From assembly GCA_964291405.2 (NCBI GenBank), contig OZ219926.1, positions 4,800,001-4,864,000 of the forward strand: 64,000 nt of DNA, read 5' to 3'. The first letter of the stretch is position 1, and each line of letters opens with the position of its first letter. Positions 8,576 to 16,849 of this stretch are shown here, piece by piece. The translations under genes were made by a program, and so were the position numbers. The stretch comes from Thermodesulfobacteriota bacterium. GTDB taxonomy: Bacteria > Desulfobacterota > Binatia > Bin18. The notes below the pieces were generated by a model. That model saw only the letters and a program-made list of their open reading frames with translations, made no database searches and was not told the DNA's origin.

Positions 8576-9820
8576 CTACACCGCCTCACCGCTCAGTACT
8601 GCCCGCGACGCCCACGCCGCCAGGTCGTCCAGACAGAGGCGTTTGGCGTTAGGAATGTCGCAATCCTCAACCGACATCACCCTTCGGGTTTCCTTTGCGC
8701 CATAGGCAGCGTCCAGTTTGCTTAGATAGTCCGTCATCCGGGAGGTGGCGTCAGTCACCTGTGCCTCTGCTGGGCTGCGAAACGCATTCGCCAGACTACG
8801 AGGTTGGCGTTTCCCAGCCTCAATGAGCATCAGATCAGCGCAGGAATAGGGCGCGGTAGAACCGAGCTTCGCGCCGGGCGATACGGTGGCAATCAGATGA
8901 ACAAGGTGGTTGACCACCTTGCCAGCGAGGTCTTTATCCGCGCTTTCCCAGGCAGTGGAGTCACAGCCAGTCAGGTTGGAAATCAGCCCCGGTACGTCCA
9001 CCACGACATAGCCGTAGAACAGCCCAGCGGTCAGCTCCATGTCGCCGATGTGAGCCGCGCCGGCATCTTCGTCTTCGCGCTGGAGATCGTCCACGACTGA
9101 GAAGTAGTCGCTCTCGCTCTCCTCCCGGTGGACGGTAAAGGCGTGGGCGACATGAATAGCGGCGTCAATGTTGGCACCAGGATCAGATGTCACCATGCGG
9201 CCGAAGAGCGCTCCGACGAGTCCGCCGGGCAGATTCGTGCTTTTACGGAATACCTCGAAATTCTGAATTTCATCACCGAACATCTCAGTAGCGGCATTCC
9301 TGGCATCTCTCAGTTCGGTCTTGGCTTTTCCTGTGGCGGCTTTAATTTGTTCATCAGTCACCAACAAACCAGTAGCCACTTTCTGTGCGGCAATCTCGTC
9401 CCCGGAGTGTTTCTCACAGATCACCTTGGCTTTCTCGCGCAGGTATTCCACTTCGGGCAGCCCTAATAACAAAGGCTGACGACCCTTCTCCGTATCACCT
9501 GTCTTGCCGTACACTCCTACGTTAAAAGCTTTTTCAACTGCTTCAAGCACATCGCCAGAAATCTCTCCCGCCTCGCGTAGTGACTTTATGACTTCTCGCT
9601 CAACAACATTTCGGGAGCGCACCGCGTCGGGTTTAATGGCAGTCAACGCAAACTCATCCTTGGCCATGCGCCAGTGCCGCTTGAGACATTGCGACGAGAT
9701 ACGGGTACGTACCGCGTCGCCGAAGGGCATGCGCTTGGCCAAGCCGCTGTCGTCTCGGTTCAGCAGTGCGGCCGGGTAGGAATGAAGGGTGTGGATTTGC
9801 AGAAAACGTGGTGCGGTCAT
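8576..9820 (-). CDS. cas7: Cas7e/Cse4 backbone subunit
   Basis: LNRDDSGLAK, RISSQCLKRHWR, ALFGRM, VAHAFTVH and DYFSVVDDL motifs. Start moved to ATG 9820, which follows an AAGGAG RBS. Confidence 0.96.
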   Translation of the reverse strand: MTAPRFLQIHTLHSYPAALLNRDDSGLAKRMPFGDAVRTRISSQCLKRHWRMAKDEFALTAIKPDAVRSRNVVEREVIKSLREAGEISGDVLEAVEKAFNVGVYGKTGDTEKGRQPLLLGLPEVEYLREKAKVICEKHSGDEIAAQKVATGLLVTDEQIKAATGKAKTELRDARNAATEMFGDEIQNFEVFRKSTNLPGGLVGALFGRMVTSDPGANIDAAIHVAHAFTVHREESESDYFSVVDDLQREDEDAGAAHIGDMELTAGLFYGYVVVDVPGLISNLTGCDSTAWESADKDLAGKVVNHLVHLIATVSPGAKLGSTAPYSCADLMLIEAGKRQPRSLANAFRSPAEAQVTDATSRMTDYLSKLDAAYGAKETRRVMSVEDCDIPNAKRLCLDDLAAWASRAVLSGEAV

Positions 9821-9869
9821 GGTGAAAAACTCCTTTGTCTTTTTGCTGTTCCCAGTTGCGAAACTGTTT

Positions 9870-10799
9870 TTACTCATCGGTTGCTGAAGAACGACGCTGC
9901 TCCGCTCGGTAATACTCGCGGGAAATTTTTATTCGAGCCTCATCAGCCCGCTCTTCGTTATATCCATCGTTAAGGATGAACCAAGCCATTTCCCGCCAGT
10001 TGAAGGCACAGCCCTTGCTTGCCAGCATCCGAAATAGGCGCGCCAGCAAGCGGTGGAGCGTTGGTCCTCTCGCTGCAAGTAACGTTGCTAGTCGGTCTTC
10101 GCTGTAAAAGGCCGCTCCCGGTTGGTCCTGATTGCCCTCATACAATACCCGCCCAACCGGTTTTCTTGGATTATGAGCCAATACAGCACTATGAGACATC
10201 AGAGCTATGCCGTGCGTGATAAGTCCCCATTTTTTAATATCCAGGTTTCTGGGCATTCTACGCTGGCTTATGAGCTTCCAGAACACAGCGCTGTGAGGAT
10301 TGCTTGGGTCCATGCGCCGGAGGCTGGCTTTTTCTCCCGTTGTCATCTCCTTGGATTCAATCGACTCGATGGTGTTATCCATCACAACACCAAAGTTGGC
10401 AGGTATCGGACTGCTGGGCAGTTCAGGTAAAAGTTTGGTCACGTTTGGGTGTCCGGTCGTACCATTTTCGATAATGTCGTACAGTTCGCGTCGGTGCTCT
10501 GGGTTATCACCACGCCAAACCTTTGTAGTGATACCCATCTGTTTGAACGCTTCCAGCCAGTCTTCCTGTCCTTCTCCGAATGGGCTGGCGGCATCGCGCT
10601 TCAACTCTGCCACCAGCATTTCAAACTGCCCCGACTCTGGGTGCTGCCTAAACATAACGAGGTCGGGAAATCCCCTACCGCGCACTATGCGAAAACCCTC
10701 AACATGGAACGGTCTCCATCCATGGTGAATGGCTTCCTCATGTACCTCTTTGTTAAAGAACCACTCCCTATCCGTGTTGATGGATTGTTGCTCTGACAT
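9870..10799 (-). CDS. cse2: Cas11/Cse2 fused to an N-terminal VRR-NUC-like PD-(D/E)xK nuclease domain
   Basis: Occupies the cse2 slot between cas8e and cas7. The C-terminal ~175 aa have Cse2 motifs (ASLRR, SEDRLATLL, FNWREMA, ISREYY). The N-terminal ~113 aa have E12, GFPD46, AE65LK67, Q78xxW and VWR. AAGGAG RBS before the ATG. Confidence 0.88.
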   Translation of the reverse strand: MSEQQSINTDREWFFNKEVHEEAIHHGWRPFHVEGFRIVRGRGFPDLVMFRQHPESGQFEMLVAELKRDAASPFGEGQEDWLEAFKQMGITTKVWRGDNPEHRRELYDIIENGTTGHPNVTKLLPELPSSPIPANFGVVMDNTIESIESKEMTTGEKASLRRMDPSNPHSAVFWKLISQRRMPRNLDIKKWGLITHGIALMSHSAVLAHNPRKPVGRVLYEGNQDQPGAAFYSEDRLATLLAARGPTLHRLLARLFRMLASKGCAFNWREMAWFILNDGYNEERADEARIKISREYYRAEQRRSSATDE

Positions 10800-10801
10800 A
10801 C

Positions 10802-12385
10802 TTAATTCTCCTTCTGTCCTTCATCGAATAGAAACGGGAGCCCCTTCGCGCCGCGTATCCGACCCTCAAACAGCCCTTCTGCGTTGACACGGGCGCGGTA
10901 ACGATGGATAGCCGGACAGGGCAGGGCATCCTCGGCAGTGTGCAAAGTCCGACGAGCGTGGTCGATTACACCATCTGTGCCGTTCATCAGCCATGTGTTA
11001 CGGACTGTCTGCCGCTCTGCGCCATCGGCCTCAAATTCGGTTTGCAAATCGTCAAAGAAATTCACATCAACAAGGTCATCCAGCTTATTCAGCCAGGGAC
11101 GGGCCAGGGTGCGATGTTCGGGACTCGCCTTATCGCTGTCGCCTCGGGCGGCGAATACCTGGATGGCGTGGCTGAGAATGCGCTGAACGACGCTGACCTG
11201 TTCAATACGCTCCCGAGCAATCTTACCCAGGTCGTCCACCGCCGTGGTACGCCGGGTCATAGCACTGCCGACCGTTTTGGGCCGTAGGGGGATGATGCGC
11301 TCGTGATAGCCTTCGGTTTTGCCCTGACCGCGGACCATGCCGCGGGCTACCAGGTACATAGGTTTCGCAGAGTGTTGTTCCGCTGGTAGCGGACGTAATA
11401 GGGGTGGCCACTGCCAATCTTCTGAGGTGAGATAGTCGGTGACCCGTTTGTACGTAAAGCCGCCGCCGGCCAGTGTCAGAGGCAGGCCGTCTCTTTTTGT
11501 GTTGACGGGAACCCACGGGTCGCCGGTACGTCCTTTGAGTTCTTTACCCGCAATACGAGCGGCTTTGGTACTCGTTCTGATCCCATGCAAGACGCGGTTC
11601 GCATCGGAGCACAGCCGTATACGGCGGCAGATTTCGATATAGAACGGGTCAAGACGGTTCAGCAGCAGTGTTTCCGCAGGCGTTCCGTCCCACGACAGGG
11701 TCCACAGCAAATCTACGCCGTGGTCGGACATTTGATACTCGTCCATCAGTGTCGAGCGATATTCCAGCAGGGCGGTGATATCGCGCCCAATGTGGGCGCC
11801 CAATCTTGCGGAAGGGGTCAGGGTGAAGGCCGGGCGGCTGCCCAGCCCACCGTTCATGCGAGAGATGCCGTAATTGCCCGCGCCGCTGAATCCCTCCATC
11901 GTTTGCAACGTAACCAGCGCGAACAACCATTCGTCAGGAGCGGCCTGCGTCGCCACTGCGGCTTTCAGGTCGTGATTCTTGGAGGTGACGAGCATGTCCA
12001 GTTCGTCGGGTGTAGAGACCGTGCTCTTATAGTCCTTCTCGCGCTCCACAGAGGAGGCCGGGGGCTGCATGAAGGCGGGTTTAGTGAGGTCGACGACAAC
12101 CATCTGCCAGGGTTCGTCGTCGGGATAGTCCGGCGTCAACGCGCGAATAATACGTAGCCACTCTACGGCGTCACTAGGCGGCTCGGCCAGCCCAGATTGG
12201 TGCATCGCCATTGCGCCCAACTGCACCAGAAAGGCGTGCCAGGCGTGACGCTGGTGGGGCCGGAGCGCGGGAAAGGCGTCTACCTTGTCGTCAATCAGCA
12301 CGGCGTAGGTTTCGGGCAGGGAAGCGGAATATGTACTTTCCGCCACGTTAATCTGAATCAAGGGGTCAGTGAGGATGTGGAGCAT
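10802..12385 (-). CDS. cse1: Cas8e/Cse1 large subunit
   Basis: LRPHQRHAWHAFLVQL, AFMQP, GAGNYGISRMNGG, YIEICRRIRL and RGQGKTEGYHER motifs; 527 aa. Confidence 0.93.
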   Translation of the reverse strand: MLHILTDPLIQINVAESTYSASLPETYAVLIDDKVDAFPALRPHQRHAWHAFLVQLGAMAMHQSGLAEPPSDAVEWLRIIRALTPDYPDDEPWQMVVVDLTKPAFMQPPASSVEREKDYKSTVSTPDELDMLVTSKNHDLKAAVATQAAPDEWLFALVTLQTMEGFSGAGNYGISRMNGGLGSRPAFTLTPSARLGAHIGRDITALLEYRSTLMDEYQMSDHGVDLLWTLSWDGTPAETLLLNRLDPFYIEICRRIRLCSDANRVLHGIRTSTKAARIAGKELKGRTGDPWVPVNTKRDGLPLTLAGGGFTYKRVTDYLTSEDWQWPPLLRPLPAEQHSAKPMYLVARGMVRGQGKTEGYHERIIPLRPKTVGSAMTRRTTAVDDLGKIARERIEQVSVVQRILSHAIQVFAARGDSDKASPEHRTLARPWLNKLDDLVDVNFFDDLQTEFEADGAERQTVRNTWLMNGTDGVIDHARRTLHTAEDALPCPAIHRYRARVNAEGLFEGRIRGAKGLPFLFDEGQKEN

Positions 12386-12675
12386 ATCTCCTCCGGGCTA
12401 CTGCGATTGAAATTCTGTTTGGAAAACTCTGACTAGGATCGGCTTCTATGGACTCTTTCTGGTATACGTACTGTTTGCATCCCAAAGGCCCCTATCCAAA
12501 AACACATTTGGTGTCAATTTTCCCCCGGTGTATGATGTCCGCACTGCCAATGCATATGGTGATGTAACGAGCGCGGCTTGTACAATGGCTGTATTTGGTA
12601 TTACGATTCTGAGCAGAACAGTCTTTTCAGAAAGCTTCCTTGAACTTTTCCCCTACAGATGAACTGGGAAGGACT
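12386..12675. promoter_or_regulatory. divergent intergenic region expected to hold the promoters of the cascade operon and the TA pair
   Basis: AT-richer non-coding gap between divergently oriented cas8e and DUF433 genes; individual promoter elements not resolved. Confidence 0.4.
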
Positions 12676-12909
12676 ATGCAACCAGACTATACGGGAATCA
12701 TTACGGTCGAGCCGGGCAAGCGCGGTGGAAAACCCTGCATTCGCGGTCTGCGCATCACGGTCTACGACATTCTGGAGTATCTGGCATCCGGGATGACCGA
12801 GCCTGAAATCCTGGCCGATTTTCCCGACCTGACCTGCGAGGATATCCGGGCGTGTCTCGCCTTTGCCGCTGAGCGGGAGCGGCGCCTGGTATCCATTCCG
12901 CCAGAATGA
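12676..12909 (+). CDS. DUF433 family putative antitoxin
   Basis: ITVEPGKRGGKPCIRGLRITVYDILEYLASGM...ILADFPDLT.EDIRACLAFAA; ATG 12676 follows GAAGGA. Confidence 0.92.
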   Translation: MQPDYTGIITVEPGKRGGKPCIRGLRITVYDILEYLASGMTEPEILADFPDLTCEDIRACLAFAAERERRLVSIPPE

Positions 12910-13238
12910 GACTGTTGTTCGATCAGAATTTGTCCTGGCGTCTCAGAGAAGCATTGCAGGACCTGTATCCTCAATCGCTCCACGTCAGGGATGTGGGCCT
13001 TGCATCTGCCGTTGATGTCACAGTATGGGCCTACGCCAAAGAACACGGATTGGTGATTGTCTCGAAAGACGCTGATTTTCGGCATCTCGGCTTCACCTAC
13101 GGGCATCCGCCCAAAATCATTTGGATTCGTCGGGGGAATTGTTCAACCAGTGAGATTGAGGCGCTTCTTCGCAAACATCGCGATTCTGTGCTCACGTTCT
13201 ATGAGGACGAACAAGAGGTCGTCCTCGCCTTGGTTTGA
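12906..13238 (+). CDS. DUF5615 family PIN-like putative toxin
   Basis: MRLLFDQNLS, HVRDVGL, VIVSKDADF and PPKIIWIRRGN motifs; 4-nt ATGA overlap with the DUF433 gene. Confidence 0.9.
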   Translation: MRLLFDQNLSWRLREALQDLYPQSLHVRDVGLASAVDVTVWAYAKEHGLVIVSKDADFRHLGFTYGHPPKIIWIRRGNCSTSEIEALLRKHRDSVLTFYEDEQEVVLALV

Positions 13239-13317
13239 CTGCTGTTGCCAGGTGTAGTCTCCCCATGCACGTTGGGGTAGTTCCATGGCCGGCGAAACAG
13301 CGCTGCGAGCACGCTGC

Positions 13318-15999
13318 CTATACCCGCCGTAGTCCCAGCCGGTCGTACCGGAAACGGGACTCACCTATACGGAATGTAAAACCTCCGTCCTCCGGGTCGG
13401 GAACGACCGGCTGGTCGTCGGTCGCCTCGCCGGACAGACGAGGGGCCAGATGGTGGTGGATGGTCAACTGCGCAATGGCCTCTGCACCGAACGGGCTTAG
13501 CGCGGGTGGGTCCAACTCCACTTCAACGCCCTCGTCACCCAGCCGGGTGCGTATGCGTTCTTCGTCACTCCCGAATATAACCTCTCGGTTGTCCTCACCA
13601 AAAAAGGACTTGCCATAACGAACAAGGGCGCTTTGCGCGGTCAGGTTTTTGGCCAACGTCCCTCCTGTTATTTGTTTTTCGTGGTCTTGCCAGGCGTCGC
13701 CCAGTTCGTCGGTTATGGCTTTCAGGGCGTCGGGGTGGGTCGCTCGCTCCACGAGTTCCCGATTCATTTCCGGGATGCGCCATTCCGGGTGGTGGAGAAT
13801 CAGCCGTCGCGTTGCCTCAAGCACACGCAGGTCCTCGTAGACGAATCCGTGCGGTCCCAGGCCATTCCGACCGGGGCCTTTGGACAGCAGGGGTGAGAGG
13901 TCATCACCCTTTGGCATCAGGACAACGCAGGTCGGTGCTTCGTAGTCTGCGGGTCGGTCATCTCGTTGGTGGCGGTGCAGCCGACCGATGCGCTGGAGCA
14001 GCACGTCCATCGGGCACAAGTCGGTGATCAAAAGGTCTGCGTCTATGTCCAGCGATTGCTCCAAGGTCTGCGTCCCAACAATAAGGCATCCGCCGGTCGG
14101 TCGGTTTTTGCCTATCTGTTCCTCGATCGCTTTGTCCAGCAGGAGCCGGTCTTCACGGGCAAACCTGCCGTGGTGGAGGGTGAGAATACCGCAACAGGAG
14201 TAGAGTAGGTCACTTTCGCCCTGGACCATCCTTTTTTCCACTGTCTGCTGAGTGTCAATGGCATATTGCACGGTATTGCGTACCACCAGCACCTTGGCCC
14301 CGGCGCGGGCCGCGTGCAGGGCGCGTTCGGCCACTTGGGTGAAATCTCCCATGCCCGAGACAGCGTCAATCCGAACTGTCTTTTCCTTCCCGTTGCCATT
14401 CACGGCGATGGTGGTTTCGCCGGTGCAAGTCGTGATTGCGGGGTAGGGAGTCTGGATTGCGTCGTCCAACAATGGTGGAGTATTGGCGGCAGAGGAAGAT
14501 GTTGCGGCCAGCCAATGAGAACGTGACACGGAACCGAGTGTGGCAGATATCAGGAGGGCGTAGCCGCCGGCTTCGATATGGACACGCAGCAGGGCTTCGA
14601 TAATGACGCGCATATAGGGGTCGGAGGCGTGAACCTCGTCTACTACCAGCAGATTGCGCGACAGGCAGGCGGCGCGCATATGGGCGTGCTTGACCTTGAG
14701 TGCGGCCTGCATGGCTTGGTCAACTGTACCAACTGCGATCTGAGCTGCCAGGTAGCGCTTGGCGCTCTCGGCTGCCCAGCGACGTTTTTCGGTGAGGATA
14801 TCGGGATGATCGTCCCACCAGACTTTATAGTGCGGCAGATGCTTGCCTGTGGCGGCTCCGACACGGACATAACCGGGAACTGCCAGCACGGGCTCCGGGC
14901 CGACTTCTTCGGGGAAGAGCTTGTTAATGAATCGTGTGACGCGTGCGTGCATCTGGCTGGCTGCCGCACGGGTAGGCAGGGCAAAATACAATCCATCCAC
15001 CCGTCGGGCTTGATACAGATGGGCAAAACGCCACAGCGCAGCCTCGGTTTTCCCAGAGCCGGTTTCGGACTCGATGATGACCAAATGCTCGTCCAGCGGA
15101 ACCGCTCTTGTCGCCTGCTGAATGGGGTTGGGCGTTCCGTTGGGGATATCGAATAGGGTATCGAAATTCGGCAGGGCGGGTAGGACGTGAAAAGCGCTCC
15201 GCTGGCTTTCGATATTCAACCCGATTTCCGCGACCGCGCGCTGGGCGTTGTGCCGGGCAGTCTGCATATAGTCGTCACGCGGCTCAGCACAGAACGGGAA
15301 GTAGGTTTCGTCAGAACCAATCCAGTCGGCCAGCATGCACAAGCCCAAGAACATATGCTGAAAAGCCGGTGCCGACGGGAGCGACGGTCCGTTAGATGTC
15401 CAGGCCGCAGGAAACCAGTCTCGTACCAGCAGACCGATACGCTCTACACCACGCCGGGGATGCAGCGCCCCGAAGGAGCGCCAGATAGCGGGGTTCTTGG
15501 ACCGGGCCGCCTGCATGTTGAGCGGTCGGCCGTGGTGAGACAGCGCAGCCACGAACAAGGCGCAGACTGTCTCCCCGTCGCAGTTGTCCCAAGACTCGGT
15601 AGCGTCCCACCACCAGCCCAGGGCGTTGAAGAACCAGTCTGCGGTTTCGGTATCGTCACAGTTCAGAACCGGCGTCAGATCAACGATGTGTCCGGCGTGG
15701 CGGGGGTGGCGTGTATCTGTGGGAAAGTCGGCTTCCTGCCATATCCGTGTCTGAAAGCCTGTGTTGACTTTGCCTATGTCGTGTAAGGTTGCCAAGATCG
15801 CCAGCCGCGCTGTAATTACAGGGTCAATGTCGTCTAGCTTGCCAGCCTGTGCTAGGCGCTGTCGGATAGTCGGCTGGACCAGCAGGGCCTCAAAGCAGGC
15901 TCCCACATCGGCCATATGGTGTTCCAGCAGGTGGATACGCTGCGGGTTTTCGCGGTCGGATTTTGCCCAGAAGACCTGAGTATATGCTGCTGGCGGCAT
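13318..15999 (-). CDS. cas3: Cas3 HD nuclease-helicase
   Basis: HD domain (LEHH, LHDIGK, HHG, ADWIGS) and SF2 helicase motifs (TGSGKTE, DEVH, SAT, QSLDIDAD, QRIGRLHRH). Confidence 0.97.
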   Translation of the reverse strand: MPPAAYTQVFWAKSDRENPQRIHLLEHHMADVGACFEALLVQPTIRQRLAQAGKLDDIDPVITARLAILATLHDIGKVNTGFQTRIWQEADFPTDTRHPRHAGHIVDLTPVLNCDDTETADWFFNALGWWWDATESWDNCDGETVCALFVAALSHHGRPLNMQAARSKNPAIWRSFGALHPRRGVERIGLLVRDWFPAAWTSNGPSLPSAPAFQHMFLGLCMLADWIGSDETYFPFCAEPRDDYMQTARHNAQRAVAEIGLNIESQRSAFHVLPALPNFDTLFDIPNGTPNPIQQATRAVPLDEHLVIIESETGSGKTEAALWRFAHLYQARRVDGLYFALPTRAAASQMHARVTRFINKLFPEEVGPEPVLAVPGYVRVGAATGKHLPHYKVWWDDHPDILTEKRRWAAESAKRYLAAQIAVGTVDQAMQAALKVKHAHMRAACLSRNLLVVDEVHASDPYMRVIIEALLRVHIEAGGYALLISATLGSVSRSHWLAATSSSAANTPPLLDDAIQTPYPAITTCTGETTIAVNGNGKEKTVRIDAVSGMGDFTQVAERALHAARAGAKVLVVRNTVQYAIDTQQTVEKRMVQGESDLLYSCCGILTLHHGRFAREDRLLLDKAIEEQIGKNRPTGGCLIVGTQTLEQSLDIDADLLITDLCPMDVLLQRIGRLHRHQRDDRPADYEAPTCVVLMPKGDDLSPLLSKGPGRNGLGPHGFVYEDLRVLEATRRLILHHPEWRIPEMNRELVERATHPDALKAITDELGDAWQDHEKQITGGTLAKNLTAQSALVRYGKSFFGEDNREVIFGSDEERIRTRLGDEGVEVELDPPALSPFGAEAIAQLTIHHHLAPRLSGEATDDQPVVPDPEDGGFTFRIGESRFRYDRLGLRRV

Positions 16000-16002
16000 G
16001 TC

Positions 16003-16698
16003 TTAGCGTTTCTCGTACTGACCGGCACCGAACAGCAGATCCTTGGCCTGCTGGTCCATCTGTTGTGGGGAGCGGCTCTCTTCCTGGAGCACGGCGAGCC
16101 CTCGCTGGACCGCCGGCCGTGCGCTGATGGCGTCGTACCAGCGTTTGAGGTGCGGATAGTCCTCCAGCTTCTGACCTTGATTTTCGTGATACCGCAGCCA
16201 GGGGTAGGTCGCCATATCGGCAATTGAGTAGTCTCCGGCCACGTACTCGACCTCGGCCAGCCTGGTGTCCACCACGCGATACAAGCGGCTAGCCTCATTG
16301 GTATACCGATTGAAGGCATACTCGATCTTTTCCGGTGCGTATAACCGGAAGTGGTGTGCCTGCCCCAGCATGGGGCCGATCCCGCCCATCTGAAACATCA
16401 GCCACTGGATAACCGTATAACGCTCGGCCATGCCCGAGGGCATGAATTGGCTCGTTTTCTCCGCCAGGTAGAGCAGCATGGCACCGGATTCAAACACGGC
16501 ATACGGCTTTCCGTCCGGCCCGTCGCGGTCCACCATGGCCGGCATTTTATTGTTCGGGCTGATCTGCAGGAACTCGGGGTCGAATTGATCCCCGGTTAAG
16601 ATGTTCACCGGAATGACGCGATATTCCAGACCCGTCTCTTCCAGGAAAATATGGACCTTATGGCCGTTCGGCGTTGGCCAGGTATACAGATCGATCAT
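16003..16698 (-). CDS. glutathione S-transferase, YfcG/YghU-like disulfide oxidoreductase
   Basis: MIDLYTWPTPNGHK, ISPNNKMPA, FESGAMLLYLAEK and QWLMFQMGGIGPM motifs; start moved to 16698. Confidence 0.92.
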   Translation of the reverse strand: MIDLYTWPTPNGHKVHIFLEETGLEYRVIPVNILTGDQFDPEFLQISPNNKMPAMVDRDGPDGKPYAVFESGAMLLYLAEKTSQFMPSGMAERYTVIQWLMFQMGGIGPMLGQAHHFRLYAPEKIEYAFNRYTNEASRLYRVVDTRLAEVEYVAGDYSIADMATYPWLRYHENQGQKLEDYPHLKRWYDAISARPAVQRGLAVLQEESRSPQQMDQQAKDLLFGAGQYEKR

Positions 16699-16849
16699 GC
16701 TGGGTGTCCCCCTTTGAATTATGCTACTGCGTAGCCTAGCCAAGACTGGCAGAGGTGTCGATCTCGGCGTTTCCACACAAACATCCCGGCCTTGTCAGAA
16801 TCAGCCTATATGTGACAATACGAACAGTTGTCAAAAGAAGGATAGCCGC

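Noticed and set aside
7827-12385. HNH fusion to Cas5 or Cas8e, as in known nuclease-Cascade variants
   Set aside because: Both proteins are of ordinary length with no HNH motif; the extra domain is on Cas11 and is PD-(D/E)xK-like.
12518-12540. TTTTCCCCCGGTGTATG resembling half of a CRISPR repeat
   Set aside because: The complementary G-rich arm is missing, so no hairpin forms; too short to support.
15970-16000. Partial resemblance of the 5808..5840 spacer-like segment to the cas3 start (CATG.CG.CA and ATA.ACTCAG)
   Set aside because: It needs seed mismatches and a 5-nt gap and has no clear PAM, so it is probably chance.
4786-16002. CRISPR-associated transposon or prophage context for the cas locus
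   Set aside because: No transposase, TniQ/TnsC, integrase, tRNA or phage structural gene is recognisable in the window.
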